Assembly (NCBI RefSeq): GCF_046119375.1
Contig: NW_027362772.1
Location: 234,546,001-234,610,000, forward strand
Length of the DNA: 64,000 bases
Direction of reading: 5' to 3'
From: Phyllobates terribilis
Taxonomy: Eukaryota
Numbering within the stretch: the first letter of the stretch is position 1; each line of letters begins with the position of its first letter. The translations under genes were made by a program, and so were the position numbers. Below the pieces are notes generated by a model. That model saw only the letters and a list, made by a program, of their open reading frames with translations, was not told where the DNA came from and did no database searches. Of this stretch, positions 24,880-35,958 are shown one piece after another.

Positions 24880-26590
24880 TGGTTGACTGGCCTGATATTG
24901 ATGTGAATGTTCCCTGTTCCTCATGCTCTTTCTCCTTTGCCACCACCTCATCCATCATTCATCACTTGAAGCTTTGTTTTAATGGGAGTCATAGAACTGG
25001 GATAGTAGCAGGAAAACATCCAGCAATTCTCGGAGGAGGTAGGATATGCGCCAAAACGCTGACCACCTCAGGCCTAGCCACTACTACATACATGCGCTTT
25101 CATTCCAAGGAACAGAAAGCTAAGGAGATGGATGGCCTCATGATCATGAATAATTTACTCGTTGTGTAGGAGGCCGACCACTGCAGCTGTCTACCTTCTG
25201 AACTTTGTCTTGAAGCCTGATTGACCCAGGACCCGCAATCCTCTATGTCTGGAGGACGTGTTGAATCCCAGTGTCCAACTGTGTCCCAGCTTCCACAATA
25301 TTAACCCAGTGTGAAGGCATCAGTGAGATGGACCATCCCTGGCCACATTCATTTGTCCACGTGTTTTTGGTTAGGCTGTCCTTCAAATAGGGGCGGCTGG
25401 GGACCGTGTGTGGGCACCCGGCCGCGGGGCTGCTGGGGACCGAGTATGGACACCCGGCCGCCCCCTGGCGGCTGGGGACCAAGAGTGGACACCCGGCCAC
25501 CGGGCGGCTGGGGACTGAGTATGGATACCAGGCCGCCGACGCAGCCATGACATGGTGGCCAGATTCCTCCTCCACATGCCTAAAAGGCCCAATTTCAAGT
25601 GCAAGCAAGCAAGCAGTATGGTATTGCAGCCTGGGGGTGGGTGGGTGGCAGGTTGCATACTTGCGCTTGCATTGCAAGGATTGGGGGAGGTACAATTGAA
25701 CACTGCCCTGGGACAAGGACTTGAACGGAGATAGTTGCAAGTGTGCATCTACAGGTGCACGGTGAAAGGCATCTTCGCATGTGCCATAAACAGGGGGTTG
25801 GCATGCACACACTACAGCGGAATAGGGTATCCTTCCCACTAAATGCACTGGGGAGGGCACAGGTAATGTTTTGGTATGCGAGCTTGTGTATAAGGTGCAC
25901 CGGGACAAGTAGGGGCGGCTGGGGACTGAGTGTGGACACCCGGCCGCCGGGCGGCTGGTGACTGAGTATGGATACCAGGCCGCCGACACAGCCATGACAT
26001 GGTGGCCGGCGTCTGCCTCCACAAGCCTAAAAGGTCTCATTTCAAGTGCAAGCAAGCTAGCAGTATGGTATTGCAGCCTGGTGGTGGGTGGGTGGCAGGC
26101 TGCACACTTACGCTTGCATTCCAAGAAAACAAAGCAGATGCTAACTTCTACCATCATCATCATGCTCCTCACCTTGGCACTCTCAACTCCCTGATGGAGA
26201 AGCCAGGGCCCACCGGAGGAGTCTGGTTGTCTGGTGGGCTCGTCCAATGCTGCCCTAAAGCAGGCCAGGCCAAAAAAAGTGTGGGGAAGGTTACCGGGAC
26301 AAATAGTGGTGGCTGGGGACTGAGTATGGAGACCTCGCCGATGACGCAGCCATGAGGTAGTGGCCAAGTTCGGCCTCCTCCATGCTAAGAGGCCCCATTT
26401 CAAGTGCAAGCTAGCAGTATAGTATTGCATCCTGCGGATGGGTGGGTGGTTGACTGCATATTTGCGCTTGCATTGCAAGGAATGGGGGAAGTACAATTGA
26501 ACACTGGCCTGGGATAAGGACTTGCACGGGGATAGTTGCAAGTCTGCATCTTCTGATGCGGCAAGGATCACTTCTGATGGGCACACTTTT
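24880..26590 (-). pseudogene. Degenerate antisense hAT transposase fragment in copy B
   Basis: ORF 25243-26586 contains SQGSVQLYLPQSLQCKRKYA, LLALEIGPFRHVE, repeated YSVPSR and TWTNECGQGWSIS..HWVNIVEAGTQ. It is the inverted equivalent of 60-1700. Confidence 0.8.
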
Positions 26591-28647
26591 AGGCAGTGAC
26601 CTGGGTGTCAGAGATGCTTCCAGGGGTCTTCCCCATGCTGTTCCCATGTTTTCTCAGCACTGTATGCATGCGTCACACAGCACATGGCCAGATAAGGTTG
26701 TAAAATGTTAAAATGACATTTACCGGTGAATGCATTTGTCACGGTTGAAAGCAATACAAAAGTGCAAAAACGCATAAAAATGCTACTTGTGAACATAGCT
26801 CAAGGTGTGGAGGAGTATTTTTGGTTATTTATTTTACCTTATACACAAGTCTTTACCCTGGAAAGGATGTTCCTTAACATATTTCACAGGATAACAGTTT
26901 CAGTTTCATTTTTGAACGTTTTATTGTGAGCCCGTAAAAGTGGCTGACCACGTTGTTGAGAGCAGTGACCTGTGGGTCATAAATGCTTCCTGGGGTGATC
27001 CCCATGCTGTCCCCATGTCATTTGAACACTGTCACTATCATTTTGGGCACTTTTTAGGCTTTCTTTAGACAGCCGAGGGTGCCGCCACAAAAATGCTCGG
27101 GTCTCCCATAGACTAACATTGGGCTCGTTGCTCGGGTCGAGCACCCAAGTATCACGATGAGCTCGGCCCGAGTTTCGAGCACCCGAACATTTTAATGCTC
27201 GCTCAACACTATTGTTGAATAGATGTGTCTGCTGCTAGAACTCTGTGTGGCATTGATCTAGTCTCTAATCTGAGCTGCTGTTAACCTGCGATTTCTGAGG
27301 CTGGTGACTCTGATAAACTTATCCTCAGAAGCATAGGTGAGTCTTGGTCTTCCTTTCCTGGGGCGGTCCTCATGTGAGGCAGTTTCTTTGTAGCGCTTGA
27401 TGGTTTTTGCAACTGCACTTGGGGACACTTTCAAAGTTTTCCCAATTTTTCGGACTGACTGACCTTCATTTCTTAAAGTAATGATGGGCACTCATTTTTC
27501 TTTACTTAGCTGCTTTTTTCTTGCCATAATACAAATTCGAACAGTCTATTCAGTAGGACTATCAGCTGTGTATCCATCAGACTTCTGCGCAACACAACTT
27601 ATGGTCCCAACCCCATTTATAAGGCAAGAAATCCCACTTATTAAGCCTCACAGGGCACACCTGTGAAGTGAAAACCATTTCCGGTGACTACCTCTTGAAG
27701 CTCATCAAGAGAATACCAAGAGTGTGCAAAGCAGTCATCAAAGCAAAAGGTGGCTACTTTGAAGAACCTAGAATATAAGACATATTTTCAGTTGTTTCCC
27801 ACTTTTTTTGTTAAGTATATAATTCCACATGTGTTAATTCATAGTTTTGATGCCTTTAGTGTGAATGTACAATTTTCATAGTCATGAAAATACAGAAAAA
27901 TCTTTAAATGAGAAGGTGTGTCCAAACTTTTGGTCTGTACTGTATACTCGGCACAGATATGTGATCATAGAGCTGTGGTCCTTGTAAGCAATGCTATAAG
28001 CCTACTTTAAAATTATTCAGACCAAGTGCAGATGAATCAACTTTCATTATGGCATTTAATTAATGGAGTTGTCTGATAGGGTTGTCCATGCATTACACAA
28101 TTTGGAGGTTAACCTTTCCCAAATGTTTTTAAAGACTCAATTTTTTCAAAATACAGATTGATACATTATCACAACGTGCTAGCGAAAGCCTTGAAAGGCT
28201 GCAATTCCCATTACAACCAATTAGAGACATGTACTGTATAACTTACATATACGGGCAGAGTATCACAAAGTATTGTCTTTTTTTTTTCAAGTTGCTAATC
28301 TTGTGCCATTCATCACGGCATGTGTTGGCACAGGAAAGAATGATTACAACAAGCTGCCGATCACCTGATAAAAGAGCAAAATTATCGTTCGTCAAGTGAA
28401 TTTATATTTTGTGCAGCACAAAAGATCATCATTCTCATCAGCGTATTGTTCTGTGTAAACACATATTGTGCTACTGAGAACTATGACAGCCTATGAGCAC
28501 TGAGCAATCCATTATAGACCGCTCAGTAGGGATCTTTTACTGTGGTCTGCCTGTGTAAACAAGTTATTAAACGACCGCCGGTAGGTACATGTTTTCCATT
28601 TGGCGGTCGTTTACTGCCACCAGACAGAAAGTGTAAATGGACCTTAA

Positions 28648-30457
28648 GGAGAATGTCCACTACTATAGAGAATGCCCCCATCGATTTAAAAGGTGGAAAT
28701 GAGATTTTTTGTAAGTACATTGTGTTGGGATTCTTGCCTGTGAGCAGTGCTATTGATGTGCCCCCTGGGGCCGTGGGGTACTCGGTAGCCGGGCCGGTCC
28801 TGTATTGGGGTAGTCAAGGTGGTAGTGACTCGGTCTGTGGCCCCGGGTGGTCAAATACGAAAAGAGAGAAGGGGAATAAAGTTTTGGGGGTAATGTTCGT
28901 GACGCCACCCGTGGTATGCGGCTATGTGGGGCCGCCGCTGCGGTGCAGGTCCACTGGGGCTGATGGTGACGCAGCAGATTTGGTTCAGCCCCAGGGAAGT
29001 GTAGATGATTTTATGAGCTAGATGTTGTTGGTGCGGTGTAGTGCAGAGCAGGTGATGGCGCACCAATTATTCAAGGACACAGTGGGGTGCAGTCTTCAGG
29101 TTTTACTCACAGTTGGTCAATTCTCCAGGTTACAGTTACCGGTGTGTAATCGCCCACGTCGTCCTGTGTCCTCCGGGGTAGTGACCCAGCAAACTCTCAG
29201 GTAGCACATGGACGGGACTCCATTCTATGTACCTTTCCAGGTCGCCTCACTGCGCTAGCTCTCCCTCCTGCCCTGCGCCTCACACCCAGTGTCCCAAGCC
29301 AGTGGCCGCGGGCCTTGTCAGGCGACGTCATCTTTGTCTCCTGGGTCCTCTATGGCCACCTTTTCGGCGATTAGGTGTGGAGTGTGGCTGCAGCACCTGA
29401 AATGCTGCAGCCTCCGGTTGGCTAGCTGAGACTTAAATTACTCCACTAGGCTGGAGCCGGTCCCCTACTGCGGCCTGATCCCTCCACGTCAGCGTGAATT
29501 CGGGCGCACGGGTGGCCTCTGCACTCGCCATGCCCCTGGGATCCCCTCTGTCTCTCTGTAGCCCTCCTCACTGCTTCCATCTTCATTCCACTCTTTCTTT
29601 CTCCTGGGCCTCCATGACTGGGCTCGACTCCTGTCTCTCTCCTTCCTTGCTCTCCTGAGCAGAACTGACCTCCTGCTCCAAACAATGGAACAGGAGTCTG
29701 GCCTCTTCTAGAACTTTCTACCCTCCTTATATACCCTTCTGTCTGTGCTCCACTGATCTTCTTCCTCCAACCACCTCTTCTACCTAGTTCCACCCTTCAG
29801 CTAGACTGTGCTCTCCCTTAGGAGCAATCTCGTCCTTCCCTGCTGATGTGGAGTGTATTGCATGTGGGTGTGTGGGTCCCGGGTAGTACTCCCTCCTTAC
29901 CTGAGAGTGGGGTACCACACCTCTGGGTGAGATGCAGCATCTCTGTGGCAACTGGACCCGCAGGGGCTCAACACTATTGTTGACCGCTCACCAGGAATCA
30001 CGTGATCCCCGGCTGCAGCCAGCTCTGTCATCCGCTGATGTCATTTCAAGTTCCGGCTGCAGCCAGGGTGTGATCCAGTGACGCGCTCCCTGCTGATTGA
30101 TGGGCTGTGGGTGGGGATTCACTGCACATCACAGCTCAGTATCCAGCGCATACTTTCCCAATGAGTGCAGAGGAGAGGGAAAGCACGTGGTGGATGTTGG
30201 GATGTGCGGTGAAAGCTGGCCCACAGCCCATCAATCAGGGGGGAGCGCGCCACTGGGTCATACCTGGCTGCAGCCACAACTTGACGTGACATCAGCGGAT
30301 GTCAGAGCCGGTTGCAGCTGGGGTCACGTGATGCCTGGTGAGCAGTCAGCAATAGCGCCACTCACAGGCAAGAATCACAACACAAGGTACTTACAAAAAA
30401 TCTTATTTCCACCTTTTAAATCGATGGGGGCATTCTCTATAGTGGTGGACAACCTCT
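28648..30457. mobile_element. TTAA-flanked MITE (T2/Kolobok-like), palindromic, interrupted by an LTR
   Basis: TTAA at 28644-28647 and 30458-30461. TIRs ...GTCCACTACTATAGAGAATGCCCCCATCGATTTAAAAGGTGG and its reverse complement. Internal palindrome at 29978-30400. Confidence 0.85.
28754..29973 (-). mobile_element. Solo-LTR-like element (copy 2)
   Basis: Minus strand runs TGTTGAGCCCC...GGGGGCACATCA. TSD CTAT at 28750-28753 and 29974-29977. Homologous to 44769-46034. Confidence 0.82.
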
Positions 30458-31879
30458 TTAAGTCTTTGCTTTAAGGTTATGATGGGTGTCTCTATCTTCC
30501 CATTACAGGGCAACACAGGTCGATGTGTTGCCCTGTGATCATTGTACCCAATGCTACACACCGTGGACTGTGTAAGGGAGCTCTCCCAGCTACCACACCT
30601 TACAGACGTGCACCAACTTGGCTGATCCTATATTTCTTCACCAAGACCTTCAGGTCTAGCTAATACTGAGACTTGCTTAAAATTCACTTTCAGTAAGTGC
30701 CCCAACTTGCCTGATATGACGAAAAACTGCCACCACTTTTACTTGAATGCTGAAAACGTGCTACCTTGCACATCTTCTCTTCATACACACCCAGTTATGA
30801 GCAGAACTGACCAATGGTATCCTTTTCTTTTCTGTAGCTGACTAACTATAAAGCAGGAATTAACTCCTAGAGCCCATTTACTTCTTCCCAAACTATGGGC
30901 TGGCCTTACAGTTAACCCTGTCCAACCCTGAAAACTATAGCCCACATAATTGTAAAACACAGAAAACCACAAGTGGCATTAACTATACAGTCAGGGGTTT
31001 TCAGAGAATGTGTTCGGACATCTTCTCCATCTTTACAGACCTGTTTCCTCCAGAGGGCTGCCAATATGTAAAGCTGAGGGATGTATGCTGAGTTTGCCCT
31101 TAACTAAAATAAAATGCACCAAACTTCCTTGCACCTTGTGGTACCCTATGGTTTTTAGACGACTGTGGCTCTTTCTTTTCTACCCATTGAAGAGGTCATA
31201 ACTCAAACTGGACTTCATTTATAGAATAACTTATCCACACAGATGCCCAATTTTGTTACACAATCTTTGTCCCTGTGAGGTATTTAGGCCACAATACCAC
31301 TAGCAAGCTGAAGTCAACCTATTGCCCTATCCACTGATTAGACCAGGAAGGTCGAACAAGTTGGACGTTCTGAGTAGTGTTGAGCCACCCCCGTAGTGTT
31401 CGAGTTCGGTTCGCTTCGTCGAACACCCTTGTGTTCGCCGAACTGTTCGTCGAACTGTTCGTCGAACACCTTCGAACACCGTTAAAACCAATGGCAGGCA
31501 AACAAAAACACATAGAAACACATAGAAAAAACCTTCAAAGGTGTCCAAAAGCTGATAAACTGCTCAGAAGACATAACTAACACATGGAAAAGTGACAAGT
31601 ACATATAGTCATGCGAAAAGAAAAGAGGTGGAGGAGTAAAAGGAGGGGGAGACACAGATATAGGCATGTCATGCCCTTCTAAAATCCAAAAAGTGAGAAG
31701 CCGACACGGCCAATCCGTTCCTGCCCGTGCCACCTCCGTGTCGCCGGATTTGTGCCAGAGCCGCGGTGGACCCTGACGGCCAGCCCCCCTCTCCCAATAC
31801 TGCTGCCTGTCCGCTGGTGGGTCGAGCGAGCCCCCTGTGGTGGAGGCAGGTCTAAGCTTTTTAATTTAAATTGTCTCTC

Positions 31880-32144
31880 TAATTTGAATGAATACACTTT
31901 AAATCCTTTTACAAGGATCTATTGGAGGGCAAGTCTCATGCCAGCAGCCGCATAATTCCAGCTCCAGTAGCGTCCACTAAAGCTGCTGCAGTTAAAAAGC
32001 TTTTATAAGGATCGAGCTCGGCGGTCCACCGCAAGTCGTCCTACCGCCAATCCCAGCCCCTATGCCTTGGGGTGCCTGCTGATGCTCTTCACCGAGTATC
32101 CCGGGGTCCCGAAGCATTTCCTTTGAAAAAATTAAGTGTCCAAA
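31880..32144 (+). pseudogene. Decayed 18S rRNA fragment
   Basis: CACTTTAAATCCTTT...ATTGGAGGGCAAGTCT..TGCCAGCAGCCGC..TAATTCCAGCTCCA...GCTGCAGTTAAAAAGCT...TTTGAAAAAATT matches the conserved central 18S region, with many substitutions. Confidence 0.9.
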
Positions 32145-32258
32145 CTACAGGTGGTGTAGCTTGCTTAACAGCTGGGATAATCCGCTGACTAGCAGACACT
32201 GCTACTAGGCACAAAGTATTTCCTGGGCTAGATGCAGTTAAAAATTTGTAATTAGATA

Positions 32259-34077
32259 CTCTCGTTGAATGCTGAGAAAGCATTCCATAGAGTCTCCTGG
32301 CATGCCATATATTATTCTCTTAAAAGCTTGGGGTAGGGGTCTAGGGGACCCTTTTATAGCCAAAATCACGGCCCTGTATCGCAATACGTCACCTAGGCTG
32401 AAGATAAATGGAACTGTAGCACCCCGAGGGCTCGGTTGCTACAGAGGTATTGCACCTCACCCAGAGGTGTGATATCTCACTCTCAGGTAAGGATGGAGTG
32501 TGGATCAGGACCCCAACACCTGCATGCATTACACCACATTGCTGTGGCGCAGGGCGACCAATATGCCTCTGAGATGGGCACGACAGTCCCTGTCCCTGGC
32601 TGGAGTGGGGGGAGGGAACACTGAGGAAGGGGAACCCTGTAGTGCAGGAGCAGGGAGGAAGCAGTTCCTGGGTACATTGAGAAGGAAGTATAAAAGGTGG
32701 GCACCATCTTAGTTCAGTGCAGAGAAGTCTGAGCAGAAGTGACAGGGAGCAGGGGCTGTGCATGAGCTCTGCTCCGGAGGCGGGCCTAGTAACAGAGGCC
32801 CAGGCCTGGAAGAGGGAGAAGGAAGGAAGAGGAGCGAAGAAGGATCCAGGAACGAGGAACAAAGGGATCCCAGGGGTGCGGACGGGCAAGTCGCCACCGC
32901 ACGCCCGAATCCACCTGCGTGGAGGGGTCAGGCCAAAGGGGGAGACCGGTGCCCGAAACTAGTGGAGGCGAGAAACGACCCTCAGCTAGAAACCGGAGGC
33001 TGTGACATTTTATGTGGCGCAGCCCCTCGCTACACCCGCTAGGAAGGCACCACATAGGGTCAGGGAAACTGGCGCCAAGTTTACCAAGAGGAGGCCCAAG
33101 GCAGTCGGACAGAAGCATTGGTAAGAAAGGCCAGACAAAGTACACACAAAGGGGGTCCTGTGAAGCGCTCCAAAGTTATCTGGGAGTTGTCTGAGCCCCT
33201 CACCTGGTAAGCACAGTACGACATGGGCAGCCGTTACCTGCAGAAGTGGTCTGGATAATAAAAACCGTGAGTAAAGGCCCTGGACTGCATCACTGACTCC
33301 GTGTCGTTACTGCTGCTGCCCTGCACCATCACCCCCATCCTACGCATACACTGCCCTGAGGCTATACTCCTCCCGTGGGGAGTTATGCTACGCTCTGCTG
33401 CACCCACAACACCAGCCTCAGCGGTCTGTCCTGCAGCGGCGGTTCACTCTGACCGCAATCCACGGGTGGCGTAGTCGGACATTTAAACATCAAAACCACA
33501 TAAATAGTTCCGCCACTGGTTTGACCGCCCTGAGCCACGGAACCGGGTCGCCGCCACGGAGACTACAACCACCAGCATCCACCAAAAAGGGTCCGGCTCC
33601 GGGTGTCCCAAGGCCCAGGGGGCGCGTCAGAACATTTTCATCACCTTTCATAATCACCAATGGGACAAGGCAGGGATGTCCTCTGTCCCCTCTCTTATAC
33701 ATCCTAGTGACAGAGCACCTGCTCTCATCAATTCGCCATAACCCCAATATTAGGTGGATTGAGGTGGGAGGCACCGAGTACAAGTGCTCTCTATTTGCTG
33801 ATGATGTCCTAGTATATATCACTCAATCACATATATCCATCCCTGCTGTTATGGCTGAAATAGATCACTTTGTTACATGGTCAAATTTTAAAATCAATCC
33901 AGCAAAGTCTGAGGCCCTCGATGTCTCCCTCCCAAAATCCATACAGGATTCCATCCAGTCCAACTTTCCCTTGCCTGGCCCTCACAGGGTATCAAATACT
34001 TAGGAATTCCTATTCATAGAGACCTCTCCCGTCTATGTTATCTTAATTTTGGGCCCTTTATTGAACAACTCCATACA
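32259..34077 (+). pseudogene. L1-clade LINE reverse transcriptase fragment, split by an LTR
   Basis: LSLNAEKAFHRVSW...LKINGT before the LTR; FSSPFIITNGTRQGCPLSPLLY...LFADD...NFKINPAKSE after it. Confidence 0.88.
32415..33629 (+). mobile_element. Solo-LTR-like element (copy 3)
   Basis: Runs TGTAGCACCCC...GGGGGCGCGTCA. TSD GAAC at 32411-32414 and 33630-33633. Confidence 0.88.
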
Positions 34078-34150
34078 GACCACGGTTGGCAAGTTAGAAC
34101 TGTAAGATTCACTACGTGAACCACTGGTGTTTTGTTGAAAAGCACATGTA

Positions 34151-35505
34151 CACTGTGTTCCAAATTATTATGCAAAAAGTGTTTAGGAGTGATAAGGGAA
34201 GAATTTGTTTGTTTGTCAGTTAAACTCATTGATGGTGATGTGTGTCAGGGCTCTTTATATCACTGTAAGCAATTGTAGACACCTGTGCTAATTAGTTTGG
34301 CAGGTGTGTCCAATGAAAGGCAAGACTACTTAAGAAGACTGTCCCACATTATTAAGCAGCCTACATTTTCTGCCAAAATGGGAAAGAAAAAGGATGTGTC
34401 GGCTGCTGAGAAGCAACAAACTGTGGAGTGTTTAGGTCAAGGCATGACTAAAATCAACATTTTGCGATGATCAGGATGAAGTGTCTTGGCAATCAAGAAG
34501 TATGTAGCTGATTCACAGTACACACGTGTGCGTGCTGATAAGGGCAAATTGAGGACTCTTTCCTACAGGCAATTACGTCAGGTTAAAAGAGCAGCGGCAA
34601 AAAAGCCTTGTCATAGCAGCAGACAAGTTTTTGAAGCTGCTGGTGCCTCCAACGTCCCCCAAACAACAAGATGCAGGGTCCTTCAGAGGTTTGCAGCTGT
34701 GCGTACGCCATCCTGTCGGCCTCCTCTATCCACTTCACACAAGCAGAAACGGCTCCAGTGGGCCAAACATTACATGAAGACTAATTTCAAAACTGTTTTG
34801 TTCACGGATGAGTGCCGTGCAACGCTCGATAGTCCAGATGGATGGAGTGGAGGATGGCTGGTTGATGGACACCCCACGCAAACACGGCTACAGCGCCAAC
34901 AAGGAGGAGGTGGAGTAATGTTTTGGGCTGGAATCATGGGGAGAGAGATTGTCGGCCCCTTTAGGATCCCTGAAGGGGTAAAGATGAACTCCATAATGTA
35001 TGTGGAGTTTCTCAAACAGCACTTCCTGCCATGGTTCAAGAAGAAGAACCGTGTATTCCACAGCAAGATCATTTTTATGCATGATAATGCCCCATCTCAT
35101 GCTGCACATAACACATCTGCATCTCTGGCTGATATGGGCATAAAAGGGGACAAACTTATGCTGTGACCCCCATGCTCCCCTGACCTCTACCCCATTCAGA
35201 ACCTCTGGAGCATCATCAAAAGGAGTGTCTATGATGGCGGGAGGCAGTTCACATCTAAGCAACAGCTCTGGGAGGGTATTCTGTCGTCATGCAAAACAAT
35301 TGAAGCAGAAACAATCCAAAACCTGACAAATTCAATGGACAAGAGAGTTCAGAAGCTCCTTTCGAACAAGGGGTCCTATGTGCAAATGTAACATCACCTA
35401 GAATAAATTTTTGAGTTGAAAACTGTTTGATTTCAGTTTCTAATAACCTGCTAATGCTTATAATTTCAAAAATGACCATTTTTTTGGTCTTTATTAAAAT
35501 GAAAA
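34151..35505 (+). mobile_element. Tc1-related DD37E (TRT-type) transposon, 3' TIR lost
   Basis: TA followed by CACTGTGTTCCAAATTATTATGCA TIR. ORF 34486-35166 (FTDECR...FMHDNAPSH) continues past a TGA to PPCSPDLYPIQNLW. 37 residues separate D from the E position, which is mutated to Q. Confidence 0.85.
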
Positions 35506-35639
35506 GGTTGATCGAAGAGTGTGGGGGATCTAAGAGTGTGGCAACCCAGTAGTCAGGATTACTTCGAATTCTGACAATCTGAGGGTCATGTTGCAGGTAG
35601 TGCAGCAAGAAGGCACTTATGTGTCTTGCGCATCTCGGA

Positions 35640-35915
35640 GCCCCAAAATTATTTTCCGGGCAAGATGCAGCTAAAAATTATTATTAATTTTAAATCTGTT
35701 GGAGCTTAGTATAGATGGCCTAATAGAATCAGTACTGCACACTGCTACAAAGCCCAAATTATTTTCCAGCCAAGATGCAGATAAACATGATTAGTAATTT
35801 TAAATCTGGTGGAGCTTAGTATAGATGGCCTATTAGAATCAGTGCTGCACACTGCTACAAAGCCCAAATTATTTTCCAGCCAAGATACAGATAAACATGA
35901 TTAGTAATTTGAAAG
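35640..35915. repeat. Two to three diverged units related to the 110-bp satellite, 3' of the copy D transposase
   Basis: TGGAGCTTAGTATAGATGGCCTA...CACACTGCTACAAAGCCCAAATT resembles TGGAGGTCAGTATAGATGGACTA...CACACTGCTAGAAGCCCAAATA. Confidence 0.75.
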
Positions 35916-35958
35916 CTTAAAACGGTTGGTGAGGTGATTTTAACCAATCATCAAGCTT

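Larger units (their letters stand above)
18886..27211 (+). mobile_element. Complete 8.3-kb hAT transposon, copy B
   Basis: 17-bp TIRs CAGTGTTGAGCGAGCAT and ATGCTCGCTCAACACTA. Exact 8-bp TSD TTGTTGAA at 18878-18885 and 27212-27219. Confidence 0.97.
17978..27942 (-). mobile_element. Tc1-family DD38E (Intruder-type) transposon split by hAT copy B
   Basis: Long TIRs of about 270 bp (CAGTACAGACCAAAA...) at 17978 and 27942, both flanked by TA. The transposase N-terminus (27258-27491) and C-terminus (18141-18885) join across the hAT. 38 residues lie between QQD and PIE. Confidence 0.92.

Noticed and set aside
25243-26586. 447-aa ORF as a novel protein gene
   Set aside because: It is a mosaic of reiterated, partly out-of-frame transposase relic sequence, and the homologous region in copy A is broken into several frames.
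29966-29983. Apparent hAT TIR plus TSD (GCTCAACACTATTGTTGA, identical over 18 nt to 27201-27218)
   Set aside because: Fully explained by the LTR terminus (...GCTCAACA), its CTAT TSD and resumption of the host MITE, whose palindromic partner confirms the sequence. Treated as coincidence.
31880-32144. Functional 18S rRNA gene
   Set aside because: Only about 265 bp long, with substitutions in universally conserved positions.
33467-33478. tRNA-Ser gene within the LTR-like elements
   Set aside because: The match covers only 12-14 nt of the 3' end including CCA, with no cloverleaf or A/B boxes. It is a PBS-like site.
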